Origin: Eledone cirrhosa
Lineage: Eukaryota
Length of the DNA stretch: 64,000 nucleotides
NCBI GenBank assembly: GCA_964016885.1
Contig: OZ024743.1
Span: forward strand, 207,328,001-207,392,000
Direction: 5' to 3'
This document shows, one piece after another, positions 15,001-30,000 of this stretch; position 1 is the first letter of the stretch; each line of letters begins with the position of its first letter. Made by a program: the position numbers and the translations under genes. The notes under the pieces are model-generated. The model saw only the letters and a list, made by a program, of their open reading frames with translations, made no database searches and had not been told where the DNA came from.

Positions 15001-18000
15001 CCCTGATCTATACAAAGTATATTGTCCTACACTCTACCAGTACTACTAATCTCCCACCCCGATCTATGTAAATTATATTGTCCTACACTCTACCAGCACT
15101 ACTAATCTACCACCCTGATCTATGTAAAGTATATTGTCCTAAACTCTACCAGTGCAACTAATCTACCACCTTGATCTATGTAAAGTATATTGTCCTACAC
15201 TCTACCAGTACTACTAATCTCCCACCCTGATCTATACAAAGTATATTGTCCTACACTCTACCAGTACTACTAATCTACCACCCTGATCTATGTAAAGTAT
15301 ATTGTCCTACACTCTACCAGTACTACCAATCTACCACCTTGATATATGTAAAGTATATTGTCCTACACTCTACCAGTACTACTAATCTCCCACCCTGATC
15401 TATACAAAGTATATTGTCCTACACTCTACCAATACTACTAATCTACCACCCTGATCTATGTAAAGTATATTGTCCTACACTCTACCAGTGCTACTAATCT
15501 ACCACCCTGATCTATGTAAAGTATATTGTCCTACACTCTACCAGTACTACTAATCTACCACCCTGATCTATGTAAAGTATATTGTCCTAAACTCTACCAG
15601 TACTACTAATCTACCACCTTGATCTATTTAAATTATATTGTCCTACACTCTACCAGTGCTACTAATCTACCACCCTGATCTATGTAAAGTATATTGTCCT
15701 ACACTCTACCAGTACTACTAATCTACCACCCTGATCTATGTAAAGTATATTGTCCTACACTCTACCAGTCCTACTAATCTAGCAGCCTGATCTATGTAAA
15801 GTATATTGTCCTAAACTCTACCAGGACTACTAATCTACCACCCTGATCTATGTAAAGTATATTGTCCTACACTCTACCAGTACTACTAATCTACCACCCT
15901 GATCTATGTAAAGTATATTGTCCTACACTCTACCAGTACTACTAAACTACCACCCTGATCTATGTAAATTATATTGTCCTACACTCTACCAGTGCTACTA
16001 ATCTCCCACCTTGATCTATGTAAAGTATATTGTCCTACACTCTACCAGTGCTACTAATCTACCACCCTGATTTATGTAAAGTATATTGTCCTACACTCTA
16101 CCAATACTACTAATCTACCACCCTGATCTATGTAAAGTATATTGTCCTACACTCTACCAGTGCTACTAATCTACCACCTTGATCTATGTAAAGTATATTG
16201 TACTACTAATCTACCACGTTGATCTATGTAAAGTATATTGTCCTACACTCTACCAGTACTACTAATCTACCACCCTGATCTATCTAAAGTATATTGTCCT
16301 ACACTCTACCCGTGCTACTAATCTCCCACCCTGATCTATGTAAAGTATATTGTCCTACACTCTACCAGTACTACTAATCTCCCACCTTGATCTATGTAAA
16401 GTATATTGTCCTACACTCTACCAGTGCTAATAATCTCCCACCTTGGTCTATGTAAAGTATATTGTCCTACACTCTACCAGTACTACTAATCTACCATCCT
16501 CATCTATGTAAAGTATATTGTCCTACACTCTACCAGTGCTACTAATCTATCACCTTGATCTATGTAAAGTATATTGTCCTACACTCTACCAGTGCTACTA
16601 ATCTACCACCCTGATCTATGTAAAGTATATTGTCCTACACTCTACCAATACTACTAATCTACCACCCTGATCTATGTAAAGTATATTGTCCTACACTGTA
16701 CCAGTGCTACTAATCTCCCACCTTGATCTATGTAAAGTATATTGTCCTACACTCTACCAGTACTACTAATCTACCACCCTGATCTATGTAAAGTATATTG
16801 TCCTACACTCTACCAGTACTACTAATCTACCAACTTGATCTATGTAAAGTATATTGTCCTACACTCTACCAGTACTACTAATCTACCACCTTGATCTATG
16901 TAAAGTATATTGTCCTACACTCTACCAGTACTACTAATCTACCACCTTGATCTATGTAAAGTATATTGTCCTACACTCTACCAGTACTACTAATCTACCA
17001 CCTTGATCTATGTAAATTATATTGTCCTACACTCTACCAGTGCTACTAATCTACCAACTTGATCTATGTAAAGTATATTGTCCTACACTCTACCAGTGCT
17101 ACTAATCTACCACCTTGATCTATGTAAAGTTTATTGTCCTACACTCTACCAGTACTACTAATCTACCACCTTGATCTATGTAAAGTATATTGTCCTACAC
17201 TCTACCAGTACTACTAATCTACCAACCTGATCTATGTAAAGTATATTGTCCTACACTCTACCAGTCCTACTAATCTAGCAGCCTGATCTATGTAAAGTAT
17301 ATTGTCCTAAACTCTACCAGGACTACTAATCTACCACCCTGATCTATGTAAAGTATATTGTCCTACACTCTACCAGTACTACTAATCTACCACCCTGATC
17401 TATGTAAAGTATATTATTCTACACTCTACCAGTACTACTAATCTCCCACCTTGATCTATGTAAAGTTTATTGTCCTACACTCTACCAGTGCTACTAATCT
17501 ACCACCCTGATCTATGTAAAGTATATTGTCCTACACTCTACCAGTACTACTAATCTACCATCCTGATCTATGTAAAGTATATTGTCCTACACTCTACCAG
17601 TACTACTAATCTCCTACCTTGATCTATGTAAAGTATATTGTCCTACACTCTACCAGTACTACTAATCTACCACCCTGATCTATGTAAAGTATATTGTCCT
17701 ACACTCTACCAGTACTACTAATCTACCACCTTAATCTATGTAAAGTATATTGTCCTACACTCTACCAGTGATACTATCTCCCACCTTGATCTATGTAAAG
17801 TATATTGTCCTACACTCTACCAGTACTACTAAACTACCACCCTGATCTATATAAAGTATATTGTCCCAGACTCTACCAGTACTACTAATCTCCCACCCTG
17901 ATCTATGTAAAGTATATTGTCCTACACTCTACCAGTACTACTGATCTACCACCCTGATCTATGTAAAGTATATTGTCCTACACTCTACCAGTGCTACTAA

Positions 18001-21000
18001 TCTACCACCCTGATCTATGTAAAGTATATTGTCCTAAACTCTACCAGTGCAACTAATCTATCACTTTGATCTATGTAAAGTATATTGTCCTACACTCTAC
18101 CAGTACTACTAATCTCCCACCCTGATCTATACAAAGTATATTGTCCTACACTCTACCAGTACTACTAATCTCCCACCCTGATCTATACAAAGTATATTGT
18201 CCTATACTCTACCAGTACAACTAATCTACCACCCTGATCTATGTAAAGTATATTGTCCTACACTCTACCAGTACTACTAATCTACCACCCTGATCTATGT
18301 AAAGTATATTGTCCTACACTCTACCAGTACTACTAATCTCCCACCCTGATCTATGTAAGGTATATTGTCCTACACTCTACCAATAATACTAATCTACCAC
18401 CTTGATCTATGTAAAGTATATTGTCCTACACTCTACCAGTACTACTAATCTACCACCTTGATCTATGTAAAGTATATTGTCCTAAACTCTACCAGTACTA
18501 CTAATCTACCACCTTGATCTATGTAAAGTATATTGTTCTACACTCTACCAGTACTACTAATCTACCACCTTGATCTATGTACAGTATATTGTTCTACACT
18601 CTACCAATACTACTAATCTACCACCCTGATCTATGTAAAGTATATTGTCCTACACTCTACCAGTGCTACTAATCTACCAGCTTGATCTATGTAAAGTATA
18701 TTGTACTACTAATCTACCACGTTGATCTATGTAAAGTATATTGTCCTACACTCTACCAGTACTAATAATCTACCACCCTGATCTATGTAAATTATATTGT
18801 CCTACACTCTACCAGTGCTACTATTCTCCCACCCTGATCTATGTAAAGTATATTGTCCTACACTCTACCAGTACTACTAATCTCCCACCTTGATCTATGT
18901 AAAGTATATTGTCCTACACTCTACCAGTGCTACTAATCTATCACCTTGATCTATGTAAAGTATATTGTCCTACACTCTACCAGTGCTACTAATCTACCAC
19001 CCTGATCTATGTAAAGTATATTGTCCTACACTCTACCAGTGCTACTAATCTACCACCCTGATCTATGTAAAGTATATTGTCCTACACTCTACCAATACTA
19101 CTAATCTACCACCCTGATCTATGTAAAGTATATTGTCCTACACTCTACCAGTACTACTAATCTACCATCCTGATCTATGTAAAGTATATTGTCCTACACT
19201 CTACCAGTACTACTAATCTACCATCCTCATCTATGTAAAGTATATTGTCCTACACTCTACCAGTGCTACTAATCTATCACCTTGATCTATGTAAAGTATA
19301 TTGTCCTACACTCTACCAGTGCTACTAATCTACCACCCTGATCTATGTAAAGTATATTGTCCTACACTCTACCAGTGCTACTAATCTACCACCCTGATCT
19401 ATGTAAAGTATATTGTCCTACACTCTACCAATACTACTAATCTACCACCCTGATCTATGTAAAGTATATTGTCCTACACTCTACCAGTACTACTAATCTA
19501 CCATCCTGATCTATGTAAAGTATATTGTCCTACACTCTACCAGTACTACTAATCTACCATCCTGATCTATGTAAAGTATATTGTCCTACACTCTACCAGT
19601 ACAACTAATCTACCATCCTGATCTATGTAAAGTATATTGTCCTACACTCTACCAGTGCTACTAATCTCCCACCTTGATCTATGTAAAGTATATTGTCCTA
19701 CACTCTACCAGTGCTACTAATCTACCACCCTGATCTATGTAAAGTATATTGTCCTACACTCTACCAGTGCTACTAATCTACCACCCTGATTTATGTAAAG
19801 TATATTGTCCTACACTCTACCAATACTACTAATCTACCACCCTGATCTATGTAAAGTATATTGTCCTACACTCTACCAGTGCTACTAATCTACCACCTTG
19901 ATCTATGTAAAGTATATTGTACTACTAATCTACCACGTTGATCTACGTAAAGTATATTGTCCTACACTCTACCAGTACTACTAATCTACCACCCTGATTT
20001 ATGTAAAGTATATTGTCCTACACTCTACCAATACTACTAATCTACCACCCTGATCTATGTAAAGTATATTGTCCTACACTCTACCAGTGCTACTAATCTA
20101 CCACCCTGATTTATGTAAAGTATATTGTCCTACACTCTACCAATACTACTAATCTACCACCCTGATCTATGTAAAGTATATTGTCCTACACTCTACCAGT
20201 GCTACTAATCTACCACCTTGATCTATGTAAAGTATATTGTACTACTAATCTACCACGTTGATCTATGTAAAGTATATTGTCCTACACTCTACCAGTGCTA
20301 CTAATCTCCCACCTTGATCTATGTAAAGTATATTGTCCTACACTCTACCAGTGCTAATAATCTCCCACCTTGGTCTATGTAAAGTATATTGTCCTACACT
20401 CTACCAGTACTACTAATCTACCATCCTCATCTATGTAAAGTATATTGTCCTACACTCTACCAGTGCTACTAATCTACCACCCTGATCTATGTAAAGTATA
20501 TTGTCCTACACTCTACCAATACTACTAATCTACCACCCTGATCTATGTAAAGTATATTGTCCTACACTGTACCAGTGCTACTAATCTCCCACCTTGATCT
20601 ATGTAAAGTATATTGTCCTACACTCTACCAGTACTACTAATCTACCACCCTGATCTATGTAAAGTATATTGTCCTACACTCTACCAGTACTACTAATCTA
20701 CCAACTTGATCTATGTAAAGTATATTGTCCTACACTCTACCAGTGCTACTAATCTACCACCTTGATCTATGTAAAGTATATTGTCCTACACTCTACCAGT
20801 ACTACTAATCTACCACCTTGATCTATGTAAAGTATATTGTCCTACACTCTACCAGTACTACTAATCTTCCACCTTGATCTATGTAAAGTATATTGTCCTA
20901 CACTCTACCAGTACTACTAATCTACCACCTTGATCTATGTAAAGTATATTGTCCTACACTCTACCAGTACTACTAATCTCCCACCCTGATCTATGTAAAG

Positions 21001-24000
21001 TATATTGTCCTACACTCTACCAGTACTACTGATCTCCCACCTTGATCTATGTAAAGTTTATTGTCCTACACTCTCCCAGTACGACTGATCTACCACCCAG
21101 ATCTATGTAAAGTATATTATCCTACACTCTACCAGTACTACTGATCTACTACCCTGATCTATGTAAAGTATATTATTCTACACTCTACCAGTACTACTAA
21201 TCTCCCACCTTGATCTATGTAAAGTTTATTGTCCTACACTCTACCAGTACTACTAATCTACCACCCTGATCAATGTAAAGTATATTGTCCTACACTCTAC
21301 CAGTACTACTGATCTACCACCCTGATCTATGTAAAGTATATTGTCCTACACTCTACCAGTACTACTAATCTACCACCTTGATCTACGTAAAGTATATTGT
21401 CCTACACTCTACCAGTACTACTAATCTCCCACTCTGATCTATGTAAAGTATATTGTCCCACACTCTACCAGTACTACTAATCTCCCACCCTGATCTATGT
21501 AAAGTATATTGTCCTACACTCTACCAGTACTACTAATCTACCACCTTGATCTACGTAATGTATATTGTCCTACACTCTACCAGTACTACTAATCTCCCAC
21601 CCTGATCTATGTGAAGTATATTGTCCTACACTCTACCAGTACTACTAATCTACCACCTTGATCTACGTAAAGTATATTGTCCTACACTCTACCAGTACTA
21701 CTAATCTCCCACCCTGATCTATGTAAAGTATATTGTCCTACACTCTACCAGTGCTACTAATCTCCCACCCTGATCTATGTAAAGTATATTGTCCTACACT
21801 CTACCAGTGCTAATAATCTCCCACCCTGATCTATGTAAAGTATATTGTCCTACACTCTACCAGTACTACTGATCTCCCACCTTGATCTATGTAAAGTTTA
21901 TTGTCCTACACTCTCCCAGTACTACTGATCTACCACCCAGATCTATGTAAAGTATATTATCCTACACTCTACCAGTACTACTGATCTACCACCCTGATCT
22001 ATGTAAAGTATATTATTCTAAACTCTACCAGTACTACTAACCTACCACCTTGATCTATGTAAAGTATATTGTCCTACACTCTACCACTACTACTAATCTA
22101 CCACCCTGATCTATGTAAAGTATATTGTCCTACACTCTACCAGTACTACTAATCTCCCACCTTGATCTATGTAAAGTTTATTGTCCTACACTCTACCAGT
22201 ACTACTAATCTACCACCCTGATCAATGTAAAGTATATTGTCCTACACTCTACCAGTACTACTGATCTACCACCCTGATCTATGTAAAGTATATTGTCCTA
22301 CACTCTACCAGTACTACTAATCTACCACCTTGATCTACGTAAAGTATATTGTCCTACACTCTACCAGTACTACTAATCTCCCACTCTGATCTATGTAAAG
22401 TATATTGTCCCACACTCTACCAGTACTACTAATCTCCCACCCTGATCTATGTAAAGTATATTGTCCTACACTCTACCAGTACTACTAATCTCCCACCCTG
22501 ATCTATGTAAAGTATATTGTCCTACACTCTACCAGTGCTACTAATCTACCACCCTGATCTATGTAAAGTATATTGTCCTAAACTCTACCAGTGCTACTAA
22601 TCTATCACTTTGATCTATGTAAAGTATATTGTCCTACACTCTACCAGTACTACTAATCTCCCACCCTGATCTATACAAAGTATATTGTCCTACACTCTAC
22701 CAGTACTACTAATCTCCCACCCTGATCTATACAAAGTATATTGTCCTATACTCTACCAGTACAACTAATCTACCACCCTGATCTATGTAAAGTATATTGT
22801 CCTACACTCTACCAGTACTACTAATCTCCCACCCTGATCTATGTAAGGTATATTGTCCTACACTCTACCACTAATACTAATCTACCACCTTGATCTATGT
22901 AAAGTATATTGTCCTACACTCTACCAGTACTACTAATCTACCACCTTGATCTATGTAAAGTATATTGTTCTACACTCTACCAGTACTACTAATCTACCAC
23001 CTTGATCTCTGTAAAGTATATTGTCCTACACTCTACCAGTACTACTAATCTCCCACCCTGATCTATACAAAGTATATTGTCCTACACTCTACCAGTACTA
23101 CTAATCTACCACCCTGATCGATGTAAAGTATATTGTCCTACACTCTACCAGTACTACCAATCTACCACCTTGATATATGTAAAGTATATTGTCCTACACT
23201 CTACCAATACTACCAATCTCCCACCCTGATCTATGTAACGTACATTGTCCTACACTCTACCAGTACTACTAATCTCCCACCCTGATCTATGTAAAGTATA
23301 TTGTCCTACACTCTACCAGTGCTACTAACCTACCACCTTGATCTATGTAAAGTATATTGTCCTACACTCTACCAGTACTACTAATCTACCACCCTGATCT
23401 ATGTAAAGTATATTGTCCTAAACTCTACCAGTACTACTAATCTACCACCTTGATCTATGTAAATTATATTGTCCTACACTCTACCAGTGCTACTAATCTA
23501 CCACCCTGATCTATGTAAAGTATATTGTCCTACACTCTACCAGTCCTACTAATCTACCACCTTTATCTATGTAAAGTATATTGTCCTACACTCTACCAGT
23601 ACTACTAATCTACCACCTTCATCTATGTAAATTATATTGTCCTACACTCTACCAGTGCTACTAATCTACCAACCTGATCTATGTAAAGTATATTGTCCTA
23701 CACTCTACCAGTCCTACTAATCTAGCAGCCTGATCTATGTAAAGTATATTGTCCTAAACTCTACCAGGACTACTAATCTACCACCCTGATCTATGTAAAG
23801 TATATTGTCCTACACTCTACCAGTACTACTAATCTACCACCCTGATCTATGTAAAGTATATTGTCCTACACTCTACCAGTGCTACTAATCTACCACCCTG
23901 ATCTATGTAAAGTATATTGTCCTACACTCTACCAGTGCTATTAATCTAACACCTTGATCTATGTAAAGTATATTGTCCTTCACTCTACCAGTACTACTAA

Positions 24001-27000
24001 TCTACCACCTTGATCTATGTAAAGTTTATTGTCCTACACTCTACCAGTACTACTGATCTACCACCCTGATCTATGTAAAGTATATTATCCTACAATCTAC
24101 CAGTGCTACTAATCTCCCACCCTGATCTATGTAAAGTTTATTGTCCTACACTCTCCCAGTACTACTGATCTACCACCCAGATCTATGTAAAGTATATTAT
24201 CCTACACTCTACCAGTACTACTGATCTACCACCCTGATCTATGTAAAGTATATTATTCTACACTCTACCAGTACTACTAATCTCCCACCTTGATCTATGT
24301 AAAGTTTATTGTCCTACACTCTACCAGTACTACTAATCTACCACCCTGATCAATGTAAAGTATATTGTCCTACACTCTACCAGTACTACTGATCTACCAC
24401 CCTGATCTATGTTAAGTATATTGTCCTACACTCTACCAGTACTACTAATCTACCACCTTGATCTACGTAAAGTATATTGTCCTACACTCTACCAGTACTA
24501 CTAATCTCCCACTCTGATCTATGTAAAGTATATTGTCCCACACTCTACCAGTACTACTAATCTCCCACCCTGATCTATGTAAAGTATATTGTCCTACACT
24601 CTACCAGTACTACTAATCTCCCACCCTGATCTATGTAAAGTATATTGTCCTACACTCTACCAGTGCTACTAATCTACCACCCTGATCTATGTAAAGTATA
24701 TTGTCCTAAACTCTACCAGTGCTACTAATCTATCACTTTGATCTATGTAAAGTATATTGTCCTACACTCTACCAGTACTACTAATCTCCCACCCTGATCT
24801 ATACAAAGTATATTGTCCTACACTCTACCAGTACTACTAATCTCCCACCCTGATCTATACAAAGTATATTGTCCTATACTCTACCAGTACAACTAATCTA
24901 CCACCCTGATCTATGTAAAGTATATTGTCCTACACTCTACCAGTACTACTAATCTCCCACCCTGATCTATGTAAGGTATATTGTCCTACACTCTACCACT
25001 AATACTAATCTACCACCTTGATCTATGTAAAGTATATTGTCCTACACTCTACCAGTACTACTAATCTACCACCTTGATCTATGTAAAGTATATTGTTCTA
25101 CACTCTACCAGTACTACTAATCTACCACCTTGATCTCTGTAAAGTATATTGTCCTACACTCTACCAGTACTACTAATCTCCCACCCTGATCTATACAAAG
25201 TATATTGTCCTACACTCTACCAGTACTACTAATCTACCACCCTGATCGATGTAAAGTATATTGTCCTACACTCTACCAGTACTACCAATCTACCACCTTG
25301 ATATATGTAAAGTATATTGTCCTACACTCTACCAATACTACCAATCTCCCACCCTGATCTATGTAACGTACATTGTCCTACACTCTACCAGTACTACTAA
25401 TCTCCCACCCTGATCTATGTAAAGTATATTGTCCTACACTCTACCAGTGCTACTAACCTACCACCTTGATCTATGTAAAGTATATTGTCCTACACTCTAC
25501 CAGTACTACTAATCTACCACCCTGATCTATGTAAAGTATATTGTCCTAAACTCTACCAGTACTACTAATCTACCACCTTGATCTATGTAAATTATATTGT
25601 CCTACACTCTACCAGTGCTACTAATCTACCACCCTGATCTATGTAAAGTATATTGTCCTACACTCTACCAGTCCTACTAATCTACCACCTTTATCTATGT
25701 AAAGTATATTGTCCTACACTCTACCAGTACTACTAATCTACCACCTTCATCTATGTAAATTATATTGTCCTACACTCTACCAGTGCTACTAATCTACCAA
25801 CCTGATCTATGTAAAGTATATTGTCCTACACTCTACCAGTCCTACTAATCTAGCAGCCTGATCTATGTAAAGTATATTGTCCTAAACTCTACCAGGACTA
25901 CTAATCTACCACCCTGATCTATGTAAAGTATATTGTCCTACACTCTACCAGTACTACTAATCTACCACCCTGATCTATGTAAAGTATATTGTCCTACACT
26001 CTACCAGTGCTACTAATCTACCACCCTGATCTATGTAAAGTATATTGTCCTACACTCTACCAGTGCTATTAATCTAACACCTTGATCTATGTAAAGTATA
26101 TTGTCCTTCACTCTACCAGTACTACTAATCTACCACCTTGATCTATGTAAAGTTTATTGTCCTACACTCTACCAGTACTACTGATCTACCACCCTGATCT
26201 ATGTAAAGTATATTATCCTACAATCTACCAGTGCTACTAATCTCCCACCCTGATCTATGTAAAGTTTATTGTCCTACACTCTCCCAGTACTACTGATCTA
26301 CCACCCAGATCTATGTAAAGTATATTATCCTACACTCTACCAGTACTACTGATCTACCACCCTGATCTATGTAAAGTATATTATTCTACACTCTACCAGT
26401 ACTACTAATCTCCCACCTTGATCTATGTAAAGTTTATTGTCCTACACTCTACCAGTACTACTAATCTACCACCCTGATCAATGTAAAGTATATTGTCCTA
26501 CACTCTACCAGTACTACTGATCTACCACCCTGATCTATGTTAAGTATATTGTCCTACACTCTACCAGTACTACTAATCTACCACCTTGATCTACGTAAAG
26601 TATATTGTCCTACACTCTACCAGTACTACTAATCTCCCACTCTGATCTATGTAAAGTATATTGTCCCACACTCTACCAGTACTACTAATCTCCCACCCTG
26701 ATCTATGTAAAGTATCTTGTCCTACACTCTACCAGTACTACTAATCTACCACCTTGATCTACGTAAAGTATATTGTCCTACACTCTACCAGTACTACTAA
26801 TCTCCCACCCTGATCTATGTGAAGTATATTGTCCTACACTCTACCAGTACTACTAATCTACCACCTTGATCTACGTAAAGTATATTGTCCTACACTCTAC
26901 CAGTACTACTAATCTCCCACCCTGATCTATGTAAAGTATATTGTCCTACACTCTACCAGTGCTACTAATCTCCCACCCTGATCTATGTAAAGTATATTGT

Positions 27001-30000
27001 CCTACACTCTACCAGTACTACTAATCTCCCACCTTGATCTATGTAAAGTATATTGTCCTACACTCTACCAGTGCTAATAATCTCCCACCTTGATCTATGT
27101 AAAGTATATTGTCCTACACTCTACCAGTACTACTAATCTACCATCCTCATCTATGTAAAGTATATTGTCCTACACTCTACCAGTACTACTAATCTACCAC
27201 CTTGATCTATGTAAAGTATATTGTCCTACACTGTACCAGTGCTACTAATCTCCCACCTTGATCTATGTAAAGTATATTGTCCTACACTCTACCAGTACTA
27301 CTAATCTACCACCTTGATCTATGTAAAGTATATTGTCCTACACTATACCAGTACTACTAATCTTCCACCTTGATCTATGTAAAGTATATTGTCCTACACT
27401 CTACCAGTACTACTAATCTACCACCTTGATCTATGTAAAGTATATTGTCCTACACTCTACCAGTACTACTAATCTCCCACCCTGATCTATGTAAAGTATA
27501 TTGTCCTACACTCTACCAGTACTACTAATCTCCCACCTTGATCTGTGTAAAGTATATTATCCTACACTCTACCAGTACTACTGATCTACCACCCAGATCT
27601 ATGTAAAGTATATTATCCTACACTCTACCAGTACTACTAATCTACCACCCTGATCTATGTAAAGTATATTGTCCTACACTCTACCAGTACTACTGATCTC
27701 CCACCTTGATCTATGTAAAGTTTATTGTCCTACACTCTCCCAGTACTACTGATCTACCACCCAGATCTATGTAAAGTATATTATCCTACACTCTACCAGT
27801 ACTACTGATCTACCACCCTGATCTATGTAAAGTATATTATTCTACACTCTACCAGTACTACTAATCTCCCACCTTGATCTATGTAAAGTTTATTGTCCTA
27901 CACTCTACCAGTACTACTAATCTACCACCCTGATCAATGTAAAGTATATTGTCCTACACTCTACCAGTACTACTGATCTACCACCCTGATCTATGTAAAG
28001 TATATTGTCCTACACTCTACCAGTACTACTAATCTATCACCTTGATCTACGTAAAGTATATTGTCCTACACTCTACCAGTACTACTAATCTCCCACTCTG
28101 ATCTATGTAAAGTATATTGTCCTACACTCTACCAGTACTACTAATCTCCCACCCTGATCTATGTAAAGTATATTGTCCTACACTCTACCAGTGCTACTAA
28201 TCTACCACCCTGATCTATGTAAAGTATATTGTCCTACACTCTACCAGTACTACTAATCTATCACTTTGATCTATGTAAAGTATATTGTCCTACACTCTAC
28301 CAGTACTACTAATCTCCCACCCTGATCTATACAAAGTATATTGTCCTACACTCTACCAGTACTACTAATCTCCAACCCTGATCTATACAAAGTATATTGT
28401 CCTATACTCTACCAGTACAACTAATCTACCACCCTGATCTATGTAAAGTATATTGTCCTACACTCTACCAGTACTACTAATCTACCACCCTGATCTATGT
28501 AAAGTATATTGTCCTACACTCTACCAGTACTACTAATCTCCCACCCTGATCTATGTAAGGTATATTGTCCTACACTCTACCAATAATACTAATCTACCAC
28601 CTTGATCTATGTAAAGTATATTGTCCTACACTCTACCAGTACTACTAATCTACCACCTTGATCTATGTAAAGTATATTGTTCTACACTCTACCAGTACTA
28701 CTAATCTACCACCTTGATCTATGTAAAGTATATTGTCCTACACTCTACCAGTACTACTAATCTCCCACCCTGATCTATACAAAGTATATTGTCCTACACT
28801 CTACCAGTACTACTAATCTACCACCCTGATCTATGTAAAGTATATTGTCCTACACTCTACCAGTACTACTAATCTCCCACCCTGATCTATGTAAGGTATA
28901 TTGTCCTACACTCTACCAGTACAACTAATCTACCACCCTGATCTATGTAAAGTATATTGTCCTACACTCTACCAGTACTACTAATCTACCACCCTGATCT
29001 ATGTAAAGTATATTGTCCTACACTCTACCAGTACTACTAATCTCCCACCCTGATCTATGTAAGGTATATTGTCCTACACTCTACCAATAATACTAATCTA
29101 CCACCTTGATCTATGTAAAGTATATTGTCCTACACTCTACCAGTACTACTAATCTACCACCTTGATCTATGTAAAGTATATTGTTCTACACTCTACCAGT
29201 ACTACTAATCTACCACCTTGATCTATGTAAAGTATATTGTCCTACACTCTACCAGTACTACTAATCTCCCACCCTGATCTATACAAAGTATATTGTCCTA
29301 CACTCTACCAGTACTACTAATCTACCACCCTGATCTATGTAAAGTATATTGTCCTACACTCTACCAGTACTACTAATCTCCCACCCTGATCTATGTAAGG
29401 TATATTGTCCTACACTCTACCAGTACTACTAATCTACCACCTTGATCTATGTAAAGTATATTGTCCTACACTCTACCAGTACTACTAATCTACCACCTTG
29501 ATCTATGTAAAGTATATTGTTCTACACTCTACCAGTACTACTAATCTACCACCTTGATCTATGTAAAGTATATTGTCCTACACTCTACCAGTACTACTAA
29601 TCTCCCACCCTGATCTATACAAAGTATATTGTCCTACACTCTACCAGTACTACTAATCTACCACCCTGATCTATGTAAAGTATATTGTCCTACACTCTAC
29701 CAGTACTACCAATCTACCACCTTGATATATGTAAAGTATATTGTCCTACACTCTACCAGTACTACCAATCTCCCACCCTGATCTATGTAACGTACATTGT
29801 CCTACACTCTACCAGTACTACTAATCTCCCACCCTGATCTATGTAAAGTATATTGTCCTACACTCTACCAGTGCTACTAACCTACCACCTTGGTCTATGT
29901 AAAGTATATTGTCCTACACTCTACCAGTACTACTAATCTACCACCCTGATCTATGTAAAGTATATTGTCCTAAACTCTACCAGTACTACTAATCTACCAC

